Source: Acidobacteriota bacterium (GTDB lineage: Bacteria > Acidobacteriota > Thermoanaerobaculia > Gp7-AA8). Taken from it: 64,000 nucleotides of DNA. The DNA lies in NCBI GenBank assembly GCA_021781455.1, contig JAJXWV010000078.1, forward strand, positions 3,991 through 67,990, read 5' to 3'. Below are positions 10,064-18,008 of the stretch, one piece after another (positions within the stretch are counted from its first letter, which is position 1; every line of letters begins with the position of its first letter). The notes beneath the pieces were generated by a model. That model was not told the origin of the DNA, searched no databases, and was given only the letters and a program-made list of their open reading frames with translations. The position numbers were made by a program, and so were the translations under genes.

Positions 10064-11002
10064 ATGGCGTCATCCACCGCAGTCAAAATTCAAAATCCAA
10101 GCCGACTCGACCTTTTGCGCGAGGCGCACCTTCTCGGACCTGCGAACGGCGAAGCCTTCGACCGGCTGACCCGGATGGCCTCGAGGCTTCTCGATGCGCC
10201 GGGCGCGCTGATCTACCTGGCCGGGGAAGGGCACGGGTTCTACGGAAGTGTCATTGGAGGCGTTGCGGCGCCGCATGCTGACGTCGGGGGCGAAGGCCTT
10301 CTGCAGCGGGCGATACGCTCTCCGGCTGCGGTGGCCATCGATGACATCCATGCGGCGGGGATCGTCTCCGATCCTCTGCTCGGCGACTTCCATGCGCAGG
10401 CCTTTCTCGGTGCGCCTCTCGTCGTTCGCGGAATCGCCCTCGGCTCGTTCATCGTCGTCGACGTCCGGCCGCGGCACTGGTCGGAGCCGGAGATCCGCCT
10501 GATCGGCAGGCTCGCGCAGTCGGCGGCCGGCGAGATCGAGCTTCGTCTGGCCGCAACGGCAGTGGAGAGCTCGCGCGAAGGGACGCCGAAAGAAGCCTCG
10601 GCGAGCAACCGCCGCCGCGTCCTCATTGCCGAAGACGACGCGCCGATGCGAAAGCTCATCGTGCACTGCCTCGCCGGCGACGATTACGAAATCGAGGAGG
10701 CCCACGACGGGCGGGAGACCCTGGAGATCCTCCGGAAGCAACGGGTGGACGCCCTGGTTCTCGACCTGATCATGCCCGATCTCTCCGGCTGGGACGTCCT
10801 GCAGAAGCGCACCGAGGACGAGCGTCTGCGCCAGATTCCGGTGATCGTGGTCAGCGGCCGGCGCGGCCCCGACATCGCCCGAGCCGTGGCCTTCGGAATC
10901 TCGGGACTCCTGCCGAAGCCGTTCGAGGCCGGCGACCTGCGCGAGCTGGTCCGGTCGTGCCTGACCGAGAATCGAGCCGGCGGCCGCATCGCGGCGCACT
11001 GA
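10064..11002 (+). CDS. GAF-domain response regulator (GAF + canonical receiver)
   Basis: N-terminal GAF-like region (…GALIYLAGEGHGFYGSV…FLGAPLVVRGIALGSFIVVD…) followed by a receiver with AEDD…LVLDLIMPDLSGWD…LPKP. Start chosen at MASSTAV after GGGAGG; the ORF-track N-terminus would overlap kaiC. Confidence 0.7.
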   Translation: MASSTAVKIQNPSRLDLLREAHLLGPANGEAFDRLTRMASRLLDAPGALIYLAGEGHGFYGSVIGGVAAPHADVGGEGLLQRAIRSPAAVAIDDIHAAGIVSDPLLGDFHAQAFLGAPLVVRGIALGSFIVVDVRPRHWSEPEIRLIGRLAQSAAGEIELRLAATAVESSREGTPKEASASNRRRVLIAEDDAPMRKLIVHCLAGDDYEIEEAHDGRETLEILRKQRVDALVLDLIMPDLSGWDVLQKRTEDERLRQIPVIVVSGRRGPDIARAVAFGISGLLPKPFEAGDLRELVRSCLTENRAGGRIAAH

Positions 11003-11280
11003 TTCTTCAGGAGTCGTCGCGCGTCTTGTCGGGACGCACCGGGGACAGGCCGGGCAGATCGGGCATCATCGGCGGCAGTGGTGGTGGCTCCGGCGGAGGG
11101 AGCACCGGTTGCACGTCGGGACCGTCCGGTATGTTGAGGATGTCGATCTCCGGACCCTCGAATGGCCCAGGTCGACAACACCGTCGACGCAACCACGACC
11201 CTTCGCTCGATTCTGACGACGGCCGGCGTGCGCGATCGCTCCTCGCTCAAGGTGATCCAGCCCGAATAGCAGCGTCGCCG

Positions 11281-11345
11281 CCTGTCCCACCCGGGGGGCC
11301 TCTGAGGACAGGCTGGAAAGCCTGTCCCACACGGGGGGCACACGT
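11281..11345. repeat. REP-like element: GACAGGCT-GGAA-AGCCTGTC hairpin flanked by two CCTGTCCCACMCGGGGGG copies
   Basis: Read directly. A related element (CAGGCTGGAAAGCCTG x2 + CCCCACACGGGG) occurs at 49350-49410. Confidence 0.6.
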
Positions 11346-11399
11346 CAGTTTGTCCCCACGATGACCGGAGCGGTGGAAAGCGTCTAGCATCCTCAATCA

Positions 11400-13568
11400 A
11401 TGTCGTCCACGTCCGCCGGGATCCAGATCGTCGAGTTCATTGCTGCGCTTTCGCGCGCCTGGAAAAAGCTCGCCGCCTACCCGCCCGGCCATCCCGAGGT
11501 CGTCACCTCGCTCCAGGCGCTCAATCAACGGCTGGCCGAACTTCGCGGACCGGCCGGCGAAGTCGTTCTCGGCGTGGGCGCCGATGCGCTCGTCTACGGC
11601 GCCCTCGACATCACCTCCGCCGGCGCCCGGAAGCTCGCCCAGGCGCTCTACTCCCGCGGAGTGGCCGTGCTGCGCCTCGGAGCCGACACCAACATGCAGG
11701 AGATCGAAACGTTCCTGCGCCTTCTCGGCACGGGCGGCCCCGTTGATCCGAGGCGCGTGCTCTGGGAGGAGCTGACCGCCAACGGGGTGATCAACATCAA
11801 CCTGCAGCCGGTCAGTTACGGCACCGTCCAGGTCACGGACGGAGTGAGGGAACATCCGGAGAAGGAAGAAGAACGTTCGCTGTGGGACGAAGTGCTGAGG
11901 GCGCTCCTGAACAATCAGCAGTTCTCGGCGACATTGCGCGACCTGCCGCCGCACATCACTTCGGCCGACAAGCTGGCGAAGATGATCGCGGAGTACGCAG
12001 CGACGCCCGAGGAACAGGCCAGGCCGGTCGATGCGCAGGCCAGCTCCGGAATTCAGTTGCGCGAGCGCAGCGAAGAGGCCTTCCACCGCTTTTTCTTTCA
12101 GACCGTCGGCCACCACATTGCCACGATGACGGGGCAGAAAAAGCAGAACTCGCTGGAGCAGGCGGTGCAGTTGCTGCGCAGCCTGCCGGAGCAGCTCCGG
12201 CGTCCGCTGATCCGGGCCATCGCCGAGGCGCTGGCCTCGGACGACGGCTCGGCGGCGCTCCTGCGCGATTTCGCGAGTGAGCTTCCGAACGACGAAGTGC
12301 TCGACGCCCTTCGCTATCTCTCCTCGATGGACAAGCTGTCCAATCAGTCGCTGACGCTGCTGCATTCGATGTCGACGACGGAGGCCTCGCGGACCCAGGC
12401 GGCATCGAAAGAAGTGCTCGCGGATGTCATTCGTTTGTTCGGTGAAGACGACGTCGCTCGATTCAACCCCACCGAGCACGATGTGACGTTGAAGAGGATC
12501 TCGGTCGAGATTCCAATCGTTCCACCCGAAGCGATGCAGGGAATCGAGCCGGCCGGCGACCGCATCGATCCGGCCGCGAATGTCGAGATCCTGCGGCACT
12601 TCTTGGACGTGCTGCTCCTCCTCCTGGTGGGCCGTGACACGACGGCACCGCCCGCGACGACTCTGGCCCATCTGGAAGGAATCTTCCCGCCCCTTCTGGC
12701 AGCCGAGGAATACGACCATCTCGGGATCGTGGTGCAGCGCCTTCTCGGAGTGGCGACGTCGACTCCAGACGAGGAAGTGAAGACCGCCGCGCACGCATCG
12801 CTCCGCCGCATCAGCGACCTGATCGTCGAGCAGGCCACGGGTGCGTCGGACGAAGGCCTCACGAAGATGCAGCGGCTGATCGCCGCGCTTGACGTTCATG
12901 CGCGCCAGAGCTTCCTGGAAAAACTGGCACTGGAGAGCAACCGCTCACGACGACGGCGGCTCTTGAACTACATCGCCGCGCAGGGGACGTCGATCGTCCC
13001 TCAGGTGATCGCCTATCTGAACGACGAGCGATGGTACGTCGTGCGGAACATGATCGTGCTGCTCCGTGCGGTGAAGGACCAGACCTCGCTGCCCGAGATA
13101 CGCAGGCTGGCGCGCCATTCCGATCTTCGCGTGAGGATGGAGGCGCTGAAGAGTCTTTTCGCCATGGACGCGAACGTCCCGCCGACTCTCCTGGACAACC
13201 TCTTCAACGACACCGATCCGAAGGTCGGACAGACCGCGGTCGCACTGGCCGGAAACTACGCCATCAAAGAAGCCGTCGACCCACTCCTGCGGATCATCCA
13301 GGACCACGATTACCTCGGCGCCAGGCGGCCGTTGCGCGTCAAGGTCATCAGCGCACTCGGCGAAATCGGCGATCCGCGTGCCCTCGCGGCGATGCAGAAG
13401 TTCTTCACTTTCTCTTTCCTCCCCTGGCCGCCGCGGGAGGAACGCTATGCGGCCTGGCAGTCGCTCGCCGGATATCCGCCGGAAGCGCGGAAGCCACTCG
13501 TGGAGTCCGGGCTCAAGTCGTCTGACGGTCATGTGCGCGAGATCTGTTCGCGGATGAGGAACAGCTGA
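11400..13568 (+). CDS. Large protein with a novel N-terminal 'YPPGHP' domain, central helical region and C-terminal HEAT/PBS-lyase-like repeats
   Basis: 722 aa. The C-terminus has tandem HEAT-like repeats (…DLRVRMEALKSLFAMD…DPKVGQTAVALAGNYAIKEAVDPLLRII…RVKVISALGEIGDPRALAAM…). The N-terminal ~110 aa aligns with the N-terminus of the next gene. Confidence 0.6.
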   Translation: MSSTSAGIQIVEFIAALSRAWKKLAAYPPGHPEVVTSLQALNQRLAELRGPAGEVVLGVGADALVYGALDITSAGARKLAQALYSRGVAVLRLGADTNMQEIETFLRLLGTGGPVDPRRVLWEELTANGVININLQPVSYGTVQVTDGVREHPEKEEERSLWDEVLRALLNNQQFSATLRDLPPHITSADKLAKMIAEYAATPEEQARPVDAQASSGIQLRERSEEAFHRFFFQTVGHHIATMTGQKKQNSLEQAVQLLRSLPEQLRRPLIRAIAEALASDDGSAALLRDFASELPNDEVLDALRYLSSMDKLSNQSLTLLHSMSTTEASRTQAASKEVLADVIRLFGEDDVARFNPTEHDVTLKRISVEIPIVPPEAMQGIEPAGDRIDPAANVEILRHFLDVLLLLLVGRDTTAPPATTLAHLEGIFPPLLAAEEYDHLGIVVQRLLGVATSTPDEEVKTAAHASLRRISDLIVEQATGASDEGLTKMQRLIAALDVHARQSFLEKLALESNRSRRRRLLNYIAAQGTSIVPQVIAYLNDERWYVVRNMIVLLRAVKDQTSLPEIRRLARHSDLRVRMEALKSLFAMDANVPPTLLDNLFNDTDPKVGQTAVALAGNYAIKEAVDPLLRIIQDHDYLGARRPLRVKVISALGEIGDPRALAAMQKFFTFSFLPWPPREERYAAWQSLAGYPPEARKPLVESGLKSSDGHVREICSRMRNS

Positions 13569-13571
13569 GCC

Positions 13572-14657
13572 ATGGAACGCCTCGCCAGCATCATCGCCGC
13601 GGCCATCAACATGGTGGCACTGTATCCGCCGAATCACCCACGTGTGCAGCACGCCATCCTGGAGGTTCTGCAGGCCTTTCGAGAAGCGCTGCAGACCACG
13701 GGGGAGGAAGCGGCCTCGTATCTGCTCGTCGGCGACGACCTGCTGGCAGCCAACCAGGTGATCCGCGAAACGACACTTCCGGTCCGCGAATTCATCGGGG
13801 TGCTGAAGCAGCGTGGAGTGGAGAGCCTGGCACTCCTGCCGGGCGCCGATGAGCAGGAGATCATGCACCTGGTCACCGGCCTGGCCACGGGAGAAGCGCT
13901 GGAGTCGTCCACGCACGTCCAGCTCGGCACCGTTCACCTGGTCATGGACGAGAAACCGAAGGACGAAGAGCTGCGGCAGGACCTCGTCACGCAGTTCGAG
14001 CTCATGCGAGAGGCCTGGGCGCGCTTTCGCGTGGAACGAAAGCTTCCCGTCGATCAGCTGGAAGAGCTGGTGTGGAGCCTGATCGATTCGGTGGGGTCCA
14101 CGGCCCGGGCCATGTTGCCGCTGGCGAGATTGAGAGAGCTCGACGAGTACACGTTCGTCAACGCCATCAACGTTTCGCTGCTGGTCCTCGCCCAGGCCCG
14201 CTCACTCGGGATCTGGGGGCCCATGCTGCACGCCTTCGGCATGGCCGGCCTCCTCCACGACATCGGCAAGATGTCGATTCCGCCGAGCATTCTGAACAAA
14301 GCCGGCAAGCTGGACGACGACGAGTGGAAGGTCATGATGAGCCATCCATCCGAGGGAGCGTCGTACCTGTTGCAGATGGAGGGAGCGCCGCCGCTGAGCA
14401 TCATCGTGGCGTTCGAGCACCATCTCCGGCATGACGGCCGGCCCAACTACCCGCTCATCCGCGGGCGTCACAGTCCGCACCTGGCCAGTCGCATGACGGC
14501 CATCGCCGATGCCTACGACGGCATGTGCGCGACGCGGCCGTATCAGACCTCGGTCAGCCGCACCGCGGCCATGGAAGTCCTGAAGGCCAGGGCCCAAACG
14601 TTCTACGACCCGATGCTCGTAGCGAATTTCATCCGGATCGTCGGCGCAAACGCCTGA
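13572..14657 (+). CDS. HD-GYP domain c-di-GMP phosphodiesterase with the same novel N-terminal 'YPPxHP' domain
   Basis: HD-GYP signature HDIGK…EHHLRHDGRPNYP. The N-terminus (IIAAAINMVALYPPNHPRVQHAILEVL…) is homologous to the N-terminus of the preceding gene. Only 3 bp separate it from the upstream stop. Confidence 0.8.
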   Translation: MERLASIIAAAINMVALYPPNHPRVQHAILEVLQAFREALQTTGEEAASYLLVGDDLLAANQVIRETTLPVREFIGVLKQRGVESLALLPGADEQEIMHLVTGLATGEALESSTHVQLGTVHLVMDEKPKDEELRQDLVTQFELMREAWARFRVERKLPVDQLEELVWSLIDSVGSTARAMLPLARLRELDEYTFVNAINVSLLVLAQARSLGIWGPMLHAFGMAGLLHDIGKMSIPPSILNKAGKLDDDEWKVMMSHPSEGASYLLQMEGAPPLSIIVAFEHHLRHDGRPNYPLIRGRHSPHLASRMTAIADAYDGMCATRPYQTSVSRTAAMEVLKARAQTFYDPMLVANFIRIVGANA

Positions 14658-14665
14658 ACGAGATC

Positions 14666-14770
14666 GCAGATCACAGATCGCAGATCGCAGGTTTCCTCTC
14701 CGGCGAGCTGCGAACTGAGACCTGCGACCTGAGAGTCGAGACCCGCGACCTGAGACCCGAGACCTGCGAC
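14666..14770. repeat. Two short tandem-repeat arrays upstream of glgX: ~3x CAGATCGCAGAT-like and ~4x GAGACCYGCGACCT-like
   Basis: gatcgcagatcacagatcgcagatcgcag … gagacctgcgacctgagagtcgagacccgcgacctgagacccgagacctgcgacc read directly. They end 15 bp before the glgX RBS AAAGGAG. Confidence 0.6.
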
Positions 14771-14787
14771 CTTCAAAGGAGACGACG

Positions 14788-16914
14788 ATGACCACGACTG
14801 AAATGAGTCCCGTCCCTGATCATGCGCTCAGGACGGAAGCCCCGCCGCGTCAGCACGCCGTCGGGGCCGGACATCCTCACCCTCTCGGCGCGCGTGTCGA
14901 TCGGCAGGGCGTCAACTTCTCAGTCTTCTCCCAGAACGCCACGGGAGTCGAGCTGCTGCTCTTCGAGGGGCACGATTCGCCGCAGCCGTACCAGACGATC
15001 CGCCTCGACCCGGTGCAGAACCGCTCGTACGGCTTCTGGCATTGCCACGTGGCCGGGCTGAAGGCCGGCGCCCATTACGCCTATCGCGTCGAAGGGGAGT
15101 GGTCGCCGGAAGCGGGCCATCGCTTCAACCGCAACAAGGTCCTGATCGACCCGTGGTCCTTCGGCAATAGCAACACGCTCTGGGTCCGCGGAGACGCCTG
15201 CAGCATGGACGACAACGTCGCCACCTCGATGCGCAGCGTGGTCATCGACGCCGGCTCCTACGACTGGGAGGGCGATCGTCCGCTGGACCGCCCCATGCGC
15301 GAATCGATCATCTACGAGATGCACGTCCGCGGCTTCACGCGATCGGCGCGCATCGCCCATCCCGGAACCTTTCGCGGCGTGATCGAGAAGATTCCTTATC
15401 TGCGAGAGCTCGGCATCACCGCCGTGGAGCTGCTCCCGATCATGGAGTACGACGAGAAGGAGATCCTCCGCCTGGCGCCCGACGGCACTCCCCTCACCAA
15501 CTACTGGGGCTACAGCACCATCGGATTCTTCGCGCCCACCAGCAACTACTGCGTCTCTTCGGAGGCCGGCGGCCAGCTCGACGAGTTCCGCGACATGGTC
15601 AAGGCCCTGCATAAGGCCGGCATCGAAGTCATCCTCGACGTCGTCTTCAACCACACCAGCGAAGGCAACCACCTCGGGCCGACCATCAACTACAAGGGCT
15701 TCGCCAACTCCATCTACTACCACCTCTCGCCGTTGAACCGCGCTTACTACATGGATTACAGCGGCTGCGGCAACACGATGAACTGCAATCACCCGCTCGT
15801 GCAGAAACTGATCGCCGAGAGCCTGGAGTTCTGGACGCGCGACATGCACGTGGACGGCTTCCGCTTCGACGAGGGATCGATCCTCTCCCGCGGTGAAGAC
15901 GGCGCCCCCATGGCCCACCCGCCCATCATCTGGCGCATCGAGTTCGACGAGGCCCTGGCGGACACGAAAGTCATCGCCGAAGCGTGGGACGCGGCCGGCC
16001 TTTACCAGATCGGCTACTTCCCGGGGTTGCGCTGGGGCGAGTGGAACGGCCGCTATCGCGACGCCATCAGGCGCTTCGTGGCCGGCCAGCCCGGTATCGT
16101 CGGCGAGGTGGCCACGCGCATTGCCGGGAGCTCCGATCTCTACCAGCAGAACGGTCGCGCGCCTGCAAACAGCGTCAACTTCATCACCTGCCACGACGGC
16201 TTCACGCTCAATGACCTCGTCAGCTACAACGACAAGCACAATGAGGCCAACGGCGAGGACAGCCGCGACGGAGTCAACGAGAACTGCAGCTGGAACTGCG
16301 GAGTCGAAGGGCCGACCGAGGATCCTGCCGTCGAAGCCCTGCGCAACCGGCAGGTGAAGAACTTCGCGGCCATCCTGCTGCTGTCCGAAGGCGTGCCCAT
16401 GATCCTCGGCGGAGACGAGATCCGCCGGACCCAGCACGGGAACAACAACGGTTACTGCCAGGACAACGAGACCAGCTGGTTCGACTGGCGACTGTTGAAC
16501 GAACACTCCGACGTCTTCCGCTTCTTCAGCCACATGATCGCCTTCCGCAGACAGCAGGTGCCCCTCAAGCGCCTCTCGTTCTTCACCGGTCGCGTCAACG
16601 AGCGCGGTCTTCCCGACATCGCCTGGCACGGCTGTGCGCTCGGCAGTCCCGGATGGCACGACCCGTGGTCCCGCGTGCTCTCCTACACCATGGGCGGCGA
16701 GGGGAACGACCTGGACCTGCACGTCATCCTCAACATGTCGGACGAGACCCTCGACTTCGAATTGCCGAAACCCGGAAAGCGCTCGTGGCATCGCTTCGTC
16801 GACACCTCTCTGCCGTCGCCGCATGACATCTGCGAGCCGGGCCAGCAGCCAGTCGTGCCGGATGGCAAGGTCGCCGTCACGCCGCGCACGGTGGTCGTGC
16901 TCGTGTCGCGGTGA
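14788..16914 (+). CDS. glgX: Glycogen debranching enzyme (isoamylase-type GH13)
   Basis: N-terminal CBM48-like region plus GH13 catalytic motifs (DVVFNHT, GFRFDEG, EAWD, CHDGFTLND). 708 aa. Strong RBS. Confidence 0.85.
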   Translation: MTTTEMSPVPDHALRTEAPPRQHAVGAGHPHPLGARVDRQGVNFSVFSQNATGVELLLFEGHDSPQPYQTIRLDPVQNRSYGFWHCHVAGLKAGAHYAYRVEGEWSPEAGHRFNRNKVLIDPWSFGNSNTLWVRGDACSMDDNVATSMRSVVIDAGSYDWEGDRPLDRPMRESIIYEMHVRGFTRSARIAHPGTFRGVIEKIPYLRELGITAVELLPIMEYDEKEILRLAPDGTPLTNYWGYSTIGFFAPTSNYCVSSEAGGQLDEFRDMVKALHKAGIEVILDVVFNHTSEGNHLGPTINYKGFANSIYYHLSPLNRAYYMDYSGCGNTMNCNHPLVQKLIAESLEFWTRDMHVDGFRFDEGSILSRGEDGAPMAHPPIIWRIEFDEALADTKVIAEAWDAAGLYQIGYFPGLRWGEWNGRYRDAIRRFVAGQPGIVGEVATRIAGSSDLYQQNGRAPANSVNFITCHDGFTLNDLVSYNDKHNEANGEDSRDGVNENCSWNCGVEGPTEDPAVEALRNRQVKNFAAILLLSEGVPMILGGDEIRRTQHGNNNGYCQDNETSWFDWRLLNEHSDVFRFFSHMIAFRRQQVPLKRLSFFTGRVNERGLPDIAWHGCALGSPGWHDPWSRVLSYTMGGEGNDLDLHVILNMSDETLDFELPKPGKRSWHRFVDTSLPSPHDICEPGQQPVVPDGKVAVTPRTVVVLVSR

Positions 16915-16942
16915 AGATTCGAGGCGGCGTAGCCGCCGACAC

Positions 16943-17124
16943 AATTTAGCGGCGGCCGTCAGGCCGCCGCCCGCTCAGACAGCCCTTGGTCCGAGCGCGC
17001 GAAGCACGCGACAGATCCTCGTGTCTGTTCCTCCAGACTGCTGTCGGACACTTCGTGCCCTCGTACGCTGGGTGCGATTGCTTATTCCGGCGGCCTGACG
17101 GCCGCCGCTAAATTCTGGCGGCGG
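16943..17124. mobile_element. MITE-like non-coding element: 27-bp perfect terminal inverted repeats (AATTTAGCGGCGGCCGTCAGGCCGCCG) around a 128-bp core
   Basis: Arm 1 at 16943-16969 and arm 2 at 17098-17124 are exact reverse complements. Additional short GC hairpins flank at 16921-16936 and 17127-17139. No ORF inside. Confidence 0.4.
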
Positions 17125-17149
17125 CTTTGCCGCCTATGCGAATGCGGCA

Positions 17150-17215
17150 GCGCACAGCAGTGATAGCACTCAGGACTCAGCACTCAGCACTCAGCACTCA
17201 GGACTCAGCACTCGT
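17150..17215. repeat. Tandem CTCAG(G)ACT / CAGCACT-type repeats upstream of the molybdenum hydroxylase operon
   Basis: ctcaggactcagcactcagcactcagcactcaggactcagcactcg read directly. The same motif forms a hairpin at 36420-36480. Confidence 0.6.
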
Positions 17216-17310
17216 CACCGCATCGCATCGGCTGGTGACGATCGTTACGACCTCGACCGCGCCACGGGCGAACCATGGACGTGCATTCCATCGTCCGATC
17301 GGAGGTCCTC

Positions 17311-17946
17311 ATGTCGGATTCCACCAAGGGAGTTTCCCGCCGCGGATTCCTCAAGGGCGCGGGGAGCGCCGCCGCCGCCACGGCGCTGCTCGACTCGGCG
17401 GTCCTCACGGTGCGTGAGGCGACCGCGCAGATCACCGGTCCTCCGGTCTACGGCCCCGGCCGCACGGAACTGGCGCTCCACGTGAACGGTTCCGAGCGCA
17501 CCGTTCTCGTCGAGCCGCGCACCACCCTCGCCGCCGCCTTGCGCGACGAGCTCGATCTGACCGGCACGAAGGTGGTCTGCGATCGCGGCGCCTGCTCGGG
17601 ATGCACGGTCTGGATCGACGGCCTTCCGGTGGCCTCCTGCATGACCCTGGCGATCGACGCCGCCGGCAGGAAGATCACGACGATCGAGGGTCTGGCCACG
17701 GGCGACAAGCTGCACCCGGTGCAGGAGGCCTTCATCGAAAAGGACGCCATGCAGTGCGGCTTCTGCACTCCCGGCATGGTGATGACCGCGGCGGCGCTGC
17801 TGGAGCGGAATCCCGATCCCACGCTCGACGACGTGAAGGAGGCCGTGAGCGGCAACCTCTGCCGCTGCGCGGTCTACCCGCAGGTCTTCGAGGCCACTCT
17901 GGCCGCGGCGAAGAAGCGGAAGGCTAGCCAGATCGCAGGTAGCTAG
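17311..17946 (+). CDS. Molybdenum hydroxylase (xanthine dehydrogenase/aldehyde oxidoreductase family) small [2Fe-2S] subunit with Tat signal peptide
   Basis: The twin-arginine motif SRRGFLKG follows MSDSTKG. There are two [2Fe-2S] Cys clusters (CDRGACSGCTV; QCGFCTPGMVM…CRC). GGAGG RBS. The earlier ORF-track Met is rejected. Confidence 0.85.
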   Translation: MSDSTKGVSRRGFLKGAGSAAAATALLDSAVLTVREATAQITGPPVYGPGRTELALHVNGSERTVLVEPRTTLAAALRDELDLTGTKVVCDRGACSGCTVWIDGLPVASCMTLAIDAAGRKITTIEGLATGDKLHPVQEAFIEKDAMQCGFCTPGMVMTAAALLERNPDPTLDDVKEAVSGNLCRCAVYPQVFEATLAAAKKRKASQIAGS

Positions 17947-18008
17947 TGCGCTTTGCCAAAGACTTGCGCTCCGCCCTCTGCGCTCCAGACATCGAGGAGT
18001 GACCGATC

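Noticed and set aside
8581-10281. 566-aa plus-strand ORF antisense to kaiC, and the ORF-track N-terminal extension of the GAF-receiver gene (9887-10063)
   Set aside because: Antisense to a motif-rich KaiC. The extension would overlap kaiC by 77 bp and lacks an RBS; MASSTAV at 10064 has GGGAGG.
11397-12899. 500-aa minus-strand ORF opposite the HEAT-repeat protein, plus nested 149- and 172-aa ORFs
   Set aside because: Antisense shadow with R/G-rich composition. The plus-strand frame is continuous for 722 codons and is homologous to the next gene.
14920-16944. 674-aa minus-strand ORF opposite glgX
   Set aside because: Antisense. glgX carries unmistakable GH13 motifs.
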